Source of the DNA: Candidatus Eiseniibacteriota bacterium
Lineage (GTDB): Bacteria > Eisenbacteria > RBG-16-71-46
Reading direction: 5' to 3'
NCBI GenBank assembly: GCA_963744995.1
Contig: CAVUWA010000011.1
Location: forward strand, 160,001-224,000
DNA: 64,000 nt
The translations under genes and the position numbers were made by a program. Each line of letters opens with the position of its first letter. The stretch's first letter is position 1. Under the pieces are notes generated by a model that saw nothing but the letters and a program-made list of their open reading frames with translations, made no database searches and was not told where the DNA came from. Shown piece after piece: positions 1 to 9,984 of the stretch.

Positions 1-1155
1 AACGCGGGCGGCCGCTTCTTCGGCTTCGTGATCGGCGGCGCGCTGCCGGCCACGGTGGCGTCCAGCTGGCTCGGCGCGGCGTGGGACCAGAACGCGGGCC
101 TCATGGTGACTACGCCGCTCGCGACGATCCTCGAGGAGATCGCGCTTGCCTGGCTGCTCGACGTGCTGCGGCTCCCCGCGGAGGCGGCGGGCGGCTTCGT
201 GACCGGCGCGACGATGGCGAACTTCGCCGGGCTCGCCGCCGCACGCCACCACCTGCTCGCGCGCGCCGGCTGGGACGCCGAGGCGCAGGGCCTGTTCGGC
301 GCGCCGCCGATCCGCGTCGTGGTGGGCGAAGAGGCGCACTCGACGCTGTTCTCGGCGCTCTCGCTGGCCGGCCTCGGGCGCGAGCGCGTCCACCGGGTGC
401 CGGTGGACGATCAGGGCCGGATGGTGGCGAACGCGCTGCCGGCGCTCGACCCGATGACGCTCGTGTGCATCCAGTCGGGCAACGTGAACACCGGCGCATT
501 CGACCCCGCCGAAGCGGTCTGCGCGCGGGCACGGGCGGCCGGCGCATGGGTGCACGTGGACGGCGCGTTCGGACTGTGGGCCGCCGCCGCACCGGCGCGC
601 GCGCATCTGGTGCGCGGCGTGGCCGACGCCGACTCGTGGGCCACCGACGCGCACAAGTGGCTCAATGTGCCGTACGACAGCGGCCTCGTGTTCTGCCGGC
701 ACCCGGAATCCCTGCGTGGAGCGATGAGCGTCAGCGCCGCCTACCTCCCGGTGAGCGCACAGCGCGAGCCGAGCCATTACACGCCGGAGCTGTCGCGGCG
801 CGCGCGCGGCATCGACATCTGGACCGCCCTCGCCACGCTCGGCCGCGAGGGACTCGCCGACATGATCGAGCGCACCTGCCACCACGCGCGGCGCTTCGCC
901 GACGGCCTGACCGCCGCGGGCCACGAGGTGCTGAACGACGTGGAGGTCAACCAGGTGCTGGTTTCGTTCGGCGCTCCCGAGCGCACCCGCGCCGTGATCG
1001 CGGCGCTGCAGGAGGACGGCACCTGCTGGTGCGGCGGCACCGAATGGCAGGGCGTGACGGCGATGCGGATCAGCGTCTCGTCGTGGGCCACCACCGACGC
1101 GGACGTCGAGAAGAGCCTGGCCGCGATGCTGCGCGTGGCCGACGCGACCCCGTAA
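1..1155 (+). CDS. Group II PLP-dependent decarboxylase (aromatic amino acid/glutamate decarboxylase family), 5'-truncated by window edge
   Basis: Frame is open from base 1 (NAGGRFFGFVIGG). Motifs HVDGAFG and DAHKWLNVPYDSG (PLP lysine). Confidence 0.9.
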   Translation, partial: NAGGRFFGFVIGGALPATVASSWLGAAWDQNAGLMVTTPLATILEEIALAWLLDVLRLPAEAAGGFVTGATMANFAGLAAARHHLLARAGWDAEAQGLFGAPPIRVVVGEEAHSTLFSALSLAGLGRERVHRVPVDDQGRMVANALPALDPMTLVCIQSGNVNTGAFDPAEAVCARARAAGAWVHVDGAFGLWAAAAPARAHLVRGVADADSWATDAHKWLNVPYDSGLVFCRHPESLRGAMSVSAAYLPVSAQREPSHYTPELSRRARGIDIWTALATLGREGLADMIERTCHHARRFADGLTAAGHEVLNDVEVNQVLVSFGAPERTRAVIAALQEDGTCWCGGTEWQGVTAMRISVSSWATTDADVEKSLAAMLRVADATP

Positions 1156-1316
1156 CCCGCTGCACGCGGCCCTGATACGGGCCCGTTCGGGATGCGTGAA
1201 AAAGGCGCTTTAGTCCTCAAGCATGCCGCGCATGCGGGCCGATAACCCCTGCGGGCTCCCCATGGGCCCGCGCCCGCGGAGGGCGTGCACGGCTTCTCAA
1301 TTCAGGAGGCTTTCCA

Positions 1317-1946
1317 ATGCGTGGTGCTGTTCTTGCGATTCTCGTGGCGGCGGCGTGTGTGGCGATGCCGCGCACCTCGGCGGCCGCGAAGGTCGGTGGC
1401 GAAGTGTTCGGTGCGTTCAACACGCACGGCATGAGCGACGTCAACGACGAGCTCGCAGCGACGAATCAGCTCTTTGGCTCCAACTTCAGCGACATCAAGA
1501 GCGGTCTGACGGGCGGCATCGCCGCGCGCGTGTGGCCGAGCGGCAACTGGATGCTCATGGCGGCGTGGGAACCGCTGTTCCTCGAATCGACCGACGATGC
1601 CAGCGGGACCACGTTCAACGTGGACGCCCAGACCTACCAGGCGACGGCGGCCTATTTCTTCCCGACGATGACGCCGGCCAAGTTCGGCATCGGTGGCGGC
1701 GCCGGCATCTACAACATCTCGGGCGAGGTCTCCGGCGGCGGCGGCAGCTCGAACATCGAAGGCTCGGGCGTGGGATTCCATGCGATGGGCATGACCGAGA
1801 TGACGGTGAGCCCCGGCTTCGCGGTCACCGGCTCGCTCGGCTGGCGCTGGGCGGACATCGAAGCGGACAACAGCGGCGGCCAGACGGTGGACTACTCGGG
1901 CGTGATGGCGCGCGTGGGTCTGGCGTTCTACCTGCCGACCCCGTAG
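1317..1946 (+). CDS. Outer-membrane beta-barrel protein (OmpA/OmpW-like)
   Basis: RBS AGGAGG, signal peptide, amphipathic strands (FGIGGGAGIY, ARVGLAFY). Confidence 0.7.
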   Translation: MRGAVLAILVAAACVAMPRTSAAAKVGGEVFGAFNTHGMSDVNDELAATNQLFGSNFSDIKSGLTGGIAARVWPSGNWMLMAAWEPLFLESTDDASGTTFNVDAQTYQATAAYFFPTMTPAKFGIGGGAGIYNISGEVSGGGGSSNIEGSGVGFHAMGMTEMTVSPGFAVTGSLGWRWADIEADNSGGQTVDYSGVMARVGLAFYLPTP

Positions 1947-1968
1947 GCGACGCAACGCTGCAACTCCA

Positions 1969-2002
1969 AACGGCGCCGGGTGCGTGAGCATCCGGCGCCG
2001 TT
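1969..2002. terminator. Hairpin between convergent genes, probable bidirectional terminator
   Basis: AACGGCGCCGGGTGC-GTGA-GCATCCGGCGCCGTT. Confidence 0.6.
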
Positions 2003-2039
2003 CGCGTGAGCCCGGGGGCCCGAGACGAACCACTCCGCG

Positions 2040-3269
2040 TCAGGGCACCAGGTAGCGTTCCTCGAACGCCTCGAGGTCCATCCCCAGCGGGGTCACGTCC
2101 AGCGTCAGCCGGTCCGCAGGCAGGCCGCCCATCAGCACCGGCTCCTGGATCGTCCGGCCGTCCAGGGTGACGCGGATGCGGCGCCGGACGTGGGACTCGA
2201 GGAACGACGCCCAGCGCGCGCGCGACTCCGGCCGGATCGTCGCGATCACCTGAACCTGGGAGCCCGGTGCGCGGTCGGAAGTCCATGCTCGTCCGGTCTT
2301 CACGGCGGCAACGTCGGCCTCGGTGAGCACCGGCGCTTCACCCGCGACGCCGACACGCAGAGGTATGCCGGGCCGCAGCGCAGTCCGAGTGAATCCGTAT
2401 GCGAGCTCGGTCGACCGTTCGATCGTCCAGCCCTCGCCGCGCGGCAGATCGAACGCCTCTGGCGCGATCGCCGGATTCCATTCGATATCCGTGAACCTCG
2501 CGCGCTCTCCGTGCGCTTCGAACTCGACCTCGACGATGTCGTGTCGCTCCGCGTCGGCCCACACCCGCACGACAACCGGTGCTCGCTCACCGGCTGGCGA
2601 ATCGATGCGTCCCTCGAACCCCAGGACTTCGCGTCCCGCGATCGTGCGGGGCGCGAGCCGGCGGGCCGGCCGTTCGACGATCGCCTTGAGGTCGTCCAAC
2701 ATGCGGCCCGGCGCGGCGGCCTCCGATGGGATCGGGGCGGGACGGGCTTCGAGCGTTCCGCCGCGCTCGTTCACCTCGCGTGAAGCGCGGCGCGCCGCGG
2801 GCTCGATGTGGATGTGCACTTCACGGCCGGGTTCCTCGCGCACGATCGAGATGAAGTCGGGCGATGCGTCCCCCACCCCGTCCGCGTACCACTCGAGGCG
2901 CGCCGCATGCTCGGTCCGGATCTCGTGCACGCGTGCGTACCGCCCGGACACGGCGGTGGTCCAGGCGCTCACCGCATGCACCGCCGCGATCCGGCGGGCG
3001 ACATCGGACCAGGCGACGTCGCCGGCACGGCGACCGGCCCACGGTGCGACGAGCAGCAGCGCCAGCGCTGCGGCCGCGGCGGCAGCGGGAATCCACCAGC
3101 GGGCGGCGATCGTGCGCCAGCGCGGCCGCGGCGTCCGGCATTCCCCCAGCAGCGCCTCGAGAACCCGGCCGCGCCCGGGCTCCGGCATGCGGGCTGTTCC
3201 GTGCGCGGCGAGCAGCCGTCCCACGTTGGCGGCGAGCAGGCGCGCGCGCTCTTCTTCGTTTGGCATCAT
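2040..3269 (-). CDS. Putative membrane-anchored anti-sigma factor (TM helix, LolA-like middle, SecDF-P1-head-like C-terminus)
   Basis: ATGA overlap with the ECF sigma stop. TM segment WWIPAAAAAAALALLLV. Segments VRVWAD...RARFTDIEWNP and PVLTEADV...IRVTLDGRTIQEPVL. Confidence 0.65.
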   Translation of the reverse strand: MMPNEEERARLLAANVGRLLAAHGTARMPEPGRGRVLEALLGECRTPRPRWRTIAARWWIPAAAAAAALALLLVAPWAGRRAGDVAWSDVARRIAAVHAVSAWTTAVSGRYARVHEIRTEHAARLEWYADGVGDASPDFISIVREEPGREVHIHIEPAARRASREVNERGGTLEARPAPIPSEAAAPGRMLDDLKAIVERPARRLAPRTIAGREVLGFEGRIDSPAGERAPVVVRVWADAERHDIVEVEFEAHGERARFTDIEWNPAIAPEAFDLPRGEGWTIERSTELAYGFTRTALRPGIPLRVGVAGEAPVLTEADVAAVKTGRAWTSDRAPGSQVQVIATIRPESRARWASFLESHVRRRIRVTLDGRTIQEPVLMGGLPADRLTLDVTPLGMDLEAFEERYLVP

Positions 3270-3877
3270 GTTTCTCTCCTCATGTCCGGCTCGCCGGCCG
3301 GCGTCGCTGCCGCCGCGGCCTCCAGCGCTTCCTTCAATCCGAGGCGCGCCCGATGCAGCATGCTCTTCACGGCCGACTCGCTGACACCCCGCTCGGCGGC
3401 CAGTGCCTGCAGCGTGCGCCCGTCGACGTGGTGCGCGACGAGCAGCGCGCGGTAGTGATCCGGCAGCGTGGCCAGCCCCCGCCGCACGAGCTCGCCGACC
3501 CCGTTGCGATCGACGTCGTCCTCCGGCAGCGGTGCCGCCGCAAGGTCCGGCCACGCGGTGGGCGTCCCGGCCGCGGCGTCCTCACCGGTCAGGGCGACCT
3601 CGCGACCCGCCCGTCGCATCGGCGTGCGCATCGCGTTGCGTGCGATGAAGGTGAGCCAGGGCCCCATCGATCCACGCCGCGGATCGAAGCGGTGGATTCC
3701 GCGCAGCGCCGCGAGAAACGTGTCCTGCACGACGTCCGGCGCCGCATCGCGGCCGATCCGCCTGCACACGAACGCGTAGAGGTCATCCACGTGGCGTTCG
3801 TACCAGACCGCTACCGCGTGCGGGTCGCGACGCCGCAGGCCTTCGAGGTCCACCGGGGTTTCACCGTTCGCGCTCAT
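3266..3877 (-). CDS. ECF RNA polymerase sigma-70 factor
   Basis: Region 2 (DVVQDTFLAAL...FDP...WLTFIARN) and region 4 (LPDHYR...GVSESAVKSMLHRAR). Confidence 0.9.
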   Translation of the reverse strand: MSANGETPVDLEGLRRRDPHAVAVWYERHVDDLYAFVCRRIGRDAAPDVVQDTFLAALRGIHRFDPRRGSMGPWLTFIARNAMRTPMRRAGREVALTGEDAAAGTPTAWPDLAAAPLPEDDVDRNGVGELVRRGLATLPDHYRALLVAHHVDGRTLQALAAERGVSESAVKSMLHRARLGLKEALEAAAAATPAGEPDMRRET

Positions 3878-3949
3878 GTCATGGACACATGTACACGACC
3901 CGGAGCCGGGTTTCGCGCCGTCCCGGTTCGGCCGGCCGTTTCAGGTCAC

Positions 3950-5905
3950 CTACCGTCGCGGCGGATACCGCCGCTCGAGGCTGTCGCGCACCGCGCCGGG
4001 CAGATCGTCCAGATAGCGCAGCAGCGCGACCGCGGTCCCCTGCCCCGGCTGCAGCGCCAGCGTGCGCAGCGCGGCGCGGCGCGACTCGGCGATGTCGCCG
4101 AAGCGCGACGACACGGTGGCGAGCCCGAGCCATGCCGAAGCGTTCAGCGAGTCCTTCGCCAGCAGGCGCCAGTAGACGCGCTGCGCCCTGTGGAAGTCGC
4201 CGGCGCGCGTTTCGGCGAGCGCCCACTGCTGGATCAGGCGCGGGCTCGGCGCGAGCGCGGCAGCATCCTCGAACGCGCGCGCCGATGCGCGCCAGCGCTC
4301 CTGCTGGAAGTTGATGGTGCCCAGGTAGTCGAACATGCGCGCGCGCTCGGCATCGGCGCGGCGCGGCGACTCGCGGGTGAGTGCTTCGACGCGCACGATG
4401 CCGCGATCGAGATCGGCGCGAAGCGCGAGCCACTGCAGCGCCGGCATCGCGACCGACGCGACCACGGCGACGCCGAGCCAGGCGTGCGGCGCAGGCGGGC
4501 GGAAGGCCCCGCCCGCGCGACGCTTCTTCCGGCCGCCCGGCGCCGGGGCGGGCGCGCCGGCGCCCGCCTCGCGCAGCGCATCGGCCGCCAGCCACGCGGC
4601 GAGCATGGACAGCGCGACGGCGCCGAACGTGAAGTCGTCCCAGTCGCGGGCGATGCCGCCCACCGGATGGATGAACGGCCAGAGCAGCACGCAGGGCGCG
4701 GCGAGCACGACGAGGAAGACGGTCTCGCGCCGCCACGCGATGCGGCCGCGAGCGACGGCCATGAACGGGATGGCGAGCGCGAGCGGCGACAGCAGCAGGA
4801 TCAGGTTCAAGAGATCCACCAGCCGCGTGCCCGCGAACGCCGCCCGGAGCGGCCCGCCGGCGGCACGCACCTCGGCGGGCAGGAAATGCACGGTATCGGT
4901 GCCGATCACGGTGGTCACGATGCGCGGGCCCATCGCCGCAAGCGTCGCGAGCGGCACCAGCAGCGCAAACCAGACGAGCGGACTGCGGAGCGGCGCCCGC
5001 CCGCGGCCGCGCCACCACAGGAACCACGCGAGCGCCAGCGCCGGGAGCAGCGCGGGGGCGGTGCGATGCAGCGTGAGCGCAAGCGCGACGCAGCTGCCGG
5101 CGCCGAGCAGCGCTCCCGCGCCGGCGGGGGGCCCGCCCCCCGCGCTCCGCACCGCCGCGTTCGTCGGTCCGCGCTTCACGCGTGACTTCACGCCGCCGTC
5201 CGGTACGGCGCGCGCGCGCGGGGGGTTCGCCGCGCCGATCGCCGCGAGAGCGAACGTGCCGGTCGCCGCGAACAGCACCACCAGCTCGACGAACGCCTTG
5301 CTGTAGCCGGTGTAGAGCCCGAGGTAGCCGCCGAACAGCACGATCGAGAACGCCGCCGCGGCGGCCCCGCCGGTGAGCCGGAGCGTGCGCACGAACCCCG
5401 CGGCGCAGAGCGCGAGCAGCCCTGCCTCGAGCGCGCCGATCCAGCGCGCGGCGGTGTTGGCGCCGGCCATGCCGGCCTGCGAAAGCCACAGCGGCAGCCG
5501 GTAGTGCAGCCACGCGTCGAGCGGCAGCGCCTGCGGGAACAGCGTGCCCACCGAAGCCCGCTCCTCCACCGTGCCCTGACGCAGCAGGAAGTCACCGACG
5601 AAGCGCACGTGATCCGGAAACGCGTAGACCAGTGCGGCCGTGCCCAGAAAGGCGATCGCCAGCGCGACCGGCGCGCCGCGGGCGAGCGCGTCGCCTCCGG
5701 CCGCGAGCGGCCCCGCACCGCGCCGCGCCAGGGCGGGAATCAGCGCGAGCACGACCAGCGCCCACGGCACCCAGGCCCAGAACGGCGCGAGAAAGCGCTG
5801 TGCGTCGAGGCCCCAGCCGTACATGTCGTGGATGAACGCGAAGCCGAGTCTCGCGAGCGCGAGCGCGAACAGCGCCACCCACAGGACGCGCGCGGTGCGG
5901 GGCAC
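3950..5905 (-). CDS. Polytopic membrane protein with C-terminal TPR repeats
   Basis: Many hydrophobic helices. C-terminal TPR-like segments (YLGTINFQQERW..A; AWLGLATVSSRFGD). Confidence 0.7.
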   Translation of the reverse strand: MPRTARVLWVALFALALARLGFAFIHDMYGWGLDAQRFLAPFWAWVPWALVVLALIPALARRGAGPLAAGGDALARGAPVALAIAFLGTAALVYAFPDHVRFVGDFLLRQGTVEERASVGTLFPQALPLDAWLHYRLPLWLSQAGMAGANTAARWIGALEAGLLALCAAGFVRTLRLTGGAAAAAFSIVLFGGYLGLYTGYSKAFVELVVLFAATGTFALAAIGAANPPRARAVPDGGVKSRVKRGPTNAAVRSAGGGPPAGAGALLGAGSCVALALTLHRTAPALLPALALAWFLWWRGRGRAPLRSPLVWFALLVPLATLAAMGPRIVTTVIGTDTVHFLPAEVRAAGGPLRAAFAGTRLVDLLNLILLLSPLALAIPFMAVARGRIAWRRETVFLVVLAAPCVLLWPFIHPVGGIARDWDDFTFGAVALSMLAAWLAADALREAGAGAPAPAPGGRKKRRAGGAFRPPAPHAWLGVAVVASVAMPALQWLALRADLDRGIVRVEALTRESPRRADAERARMFDYLGTINFQQERWRASARAFEDAAALAPSPRLIQQWALAETRAGDFHRAQRVYWRLLAKDSLNASAWLGLATVSSRFGDIAESRRAALRTLALQPGQGTAVALLRYLDDLPGAVRDSLERRYPPRR

Positions 5906-5912
5906 GGGGGCG

Positions 5913-8369
5913 CTACTCCACGATCGGCAGATCGGCGCGGTGGTAGGTCGCGCCGGGCTCCGGCAGGTGCGTCTGGCTGCGCACCCAGTCGCCGGCGGCC
6001 GAGCGGACGAAGCGCTCGAGCAGGTTGCCGCGCGGCCGGCGGTACTCGATGACGCGGATCTTCTCGCCTTCCGGAACGCCCGCGCGGCGCCGCGCCTCCG
6101 CGATCGCGTCGTCGAGCGTGCCGATCCGGTCGATCAGCCCGCGCTGGAGCGCGTCCTCGCCCATCCAGGTATGGCCGCGCGCGACGGAATCCACCGCCGC
6201 CCACGTCATGCCGCGCCCGCGTGCGACGGCGTCGACGAAGCTCGTGTACTCGCGGTAGGTCGCCGAGTCGGCGATCGCCTGGATCTCGGCGTTCCAGTCC
6301 ACCGCCGGCGACAGCCCGCGCATGTACCTGCCTCGCTCGAACGCCTCCTGCCGGACGCCCCAGTTCGCATACAGCCCCTCGAACGACGGCTTCACGAAGA
6401 ACACGCCGATCGAGCCGGTGTAGGTGAAGCGGTCGGCGAAGATGACGTCGGCGGGCACGGCGATTTCGTAGCCGCCGCTCGCCGCGGAGGCCCCCATCGA
6501 GACGATCAGCGGCTTGTTCGACTGCTCCTTCATGCGTTCGACGGTGTGCCGGATCAGCTCCGCCGCGAGGGTCGCGCCGCCGGGACTCTCGATGCGCAGC
6601 ACGACTGCGCGCACCTCGGGATTCCGGAATGCCGCCTCGATCCTGCGCGACACCGTGCGCGCGCCCATGTAGGGGCCGAACACCAGATCGTTGCCGCTCT
6701 CGCCGAGTTCCATGCCGCCGCTCGCGTACACCACCGCGACGGGTGCCGGCACGCGCCACGCGCGCAGCGGCTCGCGCAAGCGCCGCAGGTCGCGTTCTTC
6801 CGGATGGCCGCCGAGCCGCGTCATGCGCCCGAGGATCCGCAGCGCGTCCTCGCGGTAGCCGATCGAATCCACGAGTCCGGCCGCCATGAGCGCCGCGGGC
6901 GGCCAGTCGCGCCCGTCGAGGACCGGCATCAGCTGTTGCGTTCCGATCCCGCGATCCGCGGTCAGCGCGTCGACGAACAGCTTCTGGTTGACGTCGAGCA
7001 CGCGCTCGAACACTTCGCGGTCGGCATCCGTGGTCGAGTCCACGCTGAAGTTGCGATACGCGGACTTGTACTTCCCATACGAAGAGCGCTCGAGCTTCAC
7101 GCCCCACTTGTCGAGCAGGCTCCGGTAGTAGCGCTGCTCGATGCGCAGCCCGAGTCCGCGGTAGTAGGCGCCCGGCGTGGTGACGACGCGATCGCAGGCG
7201 CTCGCCAGGTAGAGTCCGGCGCGGCCCGCGCCGTATTCGAGGAACGCGACCACCGGCTTGCCCGCGGCGCGCAGGCGGCGGATGCGCGGGCGCAGTTCCT
7301 CGACCTGCGCCATACCCCCGAGGCCGCGCACCTCGAGCAGCACGCCGCGCGTCTTCGGGTCGCGGAGCGCGCGCTTCAGCTGCCGGTGGAGGCTCCCGAC
7401 CCTCGCGCCGCCGCCCGAATCCAGCAGTCCCACGCCCGGCAGCGTTTCGTCGGCCAGCGTGCCGGCGGCGTGCACGACCGCGACGCCGTCCGGATCCGTG
7501 TCGAGCACCGTGCGATCTTCGGCGCCCTCGTGGAAGCTGATCGAGTGGGTGCGCACCTGCTCGTCGCCGTCGCGGTCGTAGCCGACGTGGCCGTGATAGG
7601 CCTCACGCGGGCCGAGCAGCGCGAAGCCGGCGTGGACGCCGCCGTTCTCGACCGCACCCGTGAGCGCGATGCCGGGCAGCACTTCCAGCTCGGCGCCGAC
7701 CCGCACCTTCGCATCCTGATGAGGCGCACCCTCGCGCAGCGCCACGTCGGCCGTGATCGTCCAGCGCGGCCCCAGGTCGTAGGCCGCGCGCCGCGCGAAC
7801 GCGAGCGGCCTGAGCCCGACGCCGAGCGTGTAGTTGCGGTGCAGCGTCCTTCCCATGAAGCTCGGCTGCATCACGTGGTCGAGCGACGCACCCAGCGACA
7901 GCCAGCTCGCCGGAAACGTCAGCGTACCGACCGACAGATCCGTCGCCCGCGACCCGCCGCCCGCGCTGCGCAGCCAGTCGAGGCGCATGCCGAAGCGGCC
8001 GCGCGAGCCGCCCGCGAGCCCGAGCGAGACTGCGTGCGGCCCGTGCTCGACGTTCGCGCCGGCGATGCCGAATCCGCCCGCCGCGAGCACGCCGCGCAGC
8101 ACCGTCGTCGAAGGTGCGAGCTCCGCCCACGACAACATCAGCTCGTTCGGGTACCGCCGGCCGCCCGCCGCCGGGTTGACGAAGAACCCCGAAGCGCCGT
8201 CGGTCGCCGCAACGCTCTCGTTGCCGTAGATCGCAGGCGGCAGATCCGGCGCCTGGGCGCTGGCGTACGGAGGCGACGCAAGCAAGGCCCCCGACAGGAA
8301 CGCGGCCGCGAGCGCCGTGCGGTGTGCGGGCCGGAACGAGGCGCCGCGCGGCGACCGGCGACTTCTCAC
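5913..8369 (-). CDS. sppA: Signal peptide peptidase SppA (S49, two domains) with N-terminal signal peptide and beta-barrel-like extension
   Basis: GKYKSA, VLRIESPGG, SMGASAASGGY, TGSIGV, GLIDRIG. GTG start overlaps the nth stop (GTGA). Confidence 0.85.
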   Translation of the reverse strand: MRSRRSPRGASFRPAHRTALAAAFLSGALLASPPYASAQAPDLPPAIYGNESVAATDGASGFFVNPAAGGRRYPNELMLSWAELAPSTTVLRGVLAAGGFGIAGANVEHGPHAVSLGLAGGSRGRFGMRLDWLRSAGGGSRATDLSVGTLTFPASWLSLGASLDHVMQPSFMGRTLHRNYTLGVGLRPLAFARRAAYDLGPRWTITADVALREGAPHQDAKVRVGAELEVLPGIALTGAVENGGVHAGFALLGPREAYHGHVGYDRDGDEQVRTHSISFHEGAEDRTVLDTDPDGVAVVHAAGTLADETLPGVGLLDSGGGARVGSLHRQLKRALRDPKTRGVLLEVRGLGGMAQVEELRPRIRRLRAAGKPVVAFLEYGAGRAGLYLASACDRVVTTPGAYYRGLGLRIEQRYYRSLLDKWGVKLERSSYGKYKSAYRNFSVDSTTDADREVFERVLDVNQKLFVDALTADRGIGTQQLMPVLDGRDWPPAALMAAGLVDSIGYREDALRILGRMTRLGGHPEERDLRRLREPLRAWRVPAPVAVVYASGGMELGESGNDLVFGPYMGARTVSRRIEAAFRNPEVRAVVLRIESPGGATLAAELIRHTVERMKEQSNKPLIVSMGASAASGGYEIAVPADVIFADRFTYTGSIGVFFVKPSFEGLYANWGVRQEAFERGRYMRGLSPAVDWNAEIQAIADSATYREYTSFVDAVARGRGMTWAAVDSVARGHTWMGEDALQRGLIDRIGTLDDAIAEARRRAGVPEGEKIRVIEYRRPRGNLLERFVRSAAGDWVRSQTHLPEPGATYHRADLPIVE

Positions 8370-9328
8370 TGCGAGGCCGAAACGCCGATGCGCGGACAGT
8401 GCGGCGCCAGCGTGCAGATCGAGCAGTGCGGCTTGCGCGCGTTGCAGACCCGGCGGCCGTGCAGGATCAGCCAGTGCGAGAACACCGTCCACTTGTCCTT
8501 CGGCACGATCGGCATCAGCGCGTGCTCGATCTTGACCGCGTCCTTCTCGTTGGTGAAGCCCAGCCGGTGGGCGAGCCGGGTGACGTGCGTGTCCACCACC
8601 AGGCCCGGGATGCCGAACGCGTTGCCGAGCACCACGTTCGCCGTCTTGCGCCCGACCCCGCGCAGTGCCGTCAGCGCCTCCATCGTGCGCGGCACCTCGC
8701 CGCCGTGCTTCGCGACGATGTCCGCACAGCACGCCCGGATCGACGTCGCTTTGTTCCGGTAGAAGCCGGTCGACCGGATGATCTCTTCGATCTCCGCCTG
8801 CGACGCTTCGGCGAGCGCCTTCGCATCGGGGAACTTCTCGAACAGCACCGGCGTCACCATGTTCACCCGGTCGTCGGTGCACTGCGCCGAGAGGATCGTG
8901 GCGATCAGCAGCTGGAGCGGCGAGCGGAACTCGAGTTCGGTCATCGCCTCCGGATAGAGCCCTTCGAGGATCGCGAGCACGTTCGCGACCCGCTGCGGAT
9001 CGGGCGGCGTGAACTTCCTGCGCCGTGCCGGGCGCTTGGCCGGCGGCTTCTTCGGCGCCGGACGTTTCGCCGCCTTCTTCGCGCCGGCCTTCTTCGCCGC
9101 CTTCTGCTTCGTACGCGCCGCGCGCTGCGCCTCGGCCTTGCGGCGCGCCGCCGAATCCGCCGGCTTCTCCTTACCCCGCGCCCCGCGCAGCTTGTGCGCG
9201 TCGGCCGAGCTCTTGCGGGCCGCCTTCTTGCGGCTCGACTTGCGCGGGCTCTTGCGCGCCCGGTGCGCGCCCGGCATGCGGGCGTCCGGGCGGGCTTTCT
9301 TGCGTGATCGTGGTGACTTGCGCGCCAT
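8366..9328 (-). CDS. nth: Endonuclease III with long Lys/Ala/Arg-rich N-terminal extension
   Basis: ILSAQCTD, HhH motif LRGVGRKTANVV, VDTHV, 4Fe-4S motif CNARKPHCSICTLAPHC. Confidence 0.95.
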   Translation of the reverse strand: MARKSPRSRKKARPDARMPGAHRARKSPRKSSRKKAARKSSADAHKLRGARGKEKPADSAARRKAEAQRAARTKQKAAKKAGAKKAAKRPAPKKPPAKRPARRRKFTPPDPQRVANVLAILEGLYPEAMTELEFRSPLQLLIATILSAQCTDDRVNMVTPVLFEKFPDAKALAEASQAEIEEIIRSTGFYRNKATSIRACCADIVAKHGGEVPRTMEALTALRGVGRKTANVVLGNAFGIPGLVVDTHVTRLAHRLGFTNEKDAVKIEHALMPIVPKDKWTVFSHWLILHGRRVCNARKPHCSICTLAPHCPRIGVSASQ

Positions 9329-9387
9329 GACGCGCGAGGTTAGCGGAGGGATGAGGGCGGAACAAGGACGGGTGCGAGGGACGAGCG

Positions 9388-9984
9388 CTAGAGATACCCG
9401 CCGCGGGCGGGGGGAAGCGCCTGATATTCCGCATGTGACGTGACCATCCGCTGGATCAGCCCGACCAACTCACCGAGCCGCTTCCTTTGCTGAACCAGCT
9501 CCGGAACCGGCTCACCGGTCGTCCAGCGCAGGTCCTTGACGACATCGCCTACGCGGACTTCGAGGTGCAGGGACTCTTGCGGACTCATCTGCGTGCGAGG
9601 GTCGTTCCACAGAAACATGGGGTAGTCGAAGAAGCGGATCGCGATCACCTTGTTGTAGATCGTATCGAGTTCGGCCTCGGTCAGCCGCAGGGCAATTGTC
9701 GTGTCGGGGCCTATCACCATGTCCTTCGTGGCCACCCCGGCGAATGTGTCGATCTTCTCGCCCAGGCTTCGCTCGAGGACGAAGCCGAAGTTCTCGCGCG
9801 GGTACTTCGCGAAGTCCCCTTGACGCAGCGGCAGAGCCTCCGCTGCCCCCTCCCACCAAGGCGGCGCGATCTTGGCGGGCGCCCGACTGCAGCCTGCCAG
9901 GGCGATCGCGGCGATCATCGCCGCGACGACGAAACGGCTAGTAGTAGACGCCGCGCGCCGGCGGGAGCGCCTGATACTCAGCAT
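9388..9984 (-). CDS. Hypothetical lipoprotein (paralogue B); start may be 9918
   Basis: Lipobox IALAGC. Clear similarity to 9938-10519. Confidence 0.7.
   Translation of the reverse strand: MLSIRRSRRRAASTTSRFVVAAMIAAIALAGCSRAPAKIAPPWWEGAAEALPLRQGDFAKYPRENFGFVLERSLGEKIDTFAGVATKDMVIGPDTTIALRLTEAELDTIYNKVIAIRFFDYPMFLWNDPRTQMSPQESLHLEVRVGDVVKDLRWTTGEPVPELVQQRKRLGELVGLIQRMVTSHAEYQALPPARGGYL

Noticed and set aside
2864..8762. Long plus-strand ORFs (773 aa, 1040 aa) and the many other Arg/Ala/Pro-rich ORFs in the track
   Set aside because: Shadow frames of real genes in very GC-rich DNA, with no recognisable motifs. The same applies to 31509-34793(-), 27860-30001(-) and 19785-21515(-), the last of which only strings pseudogene fragments together.
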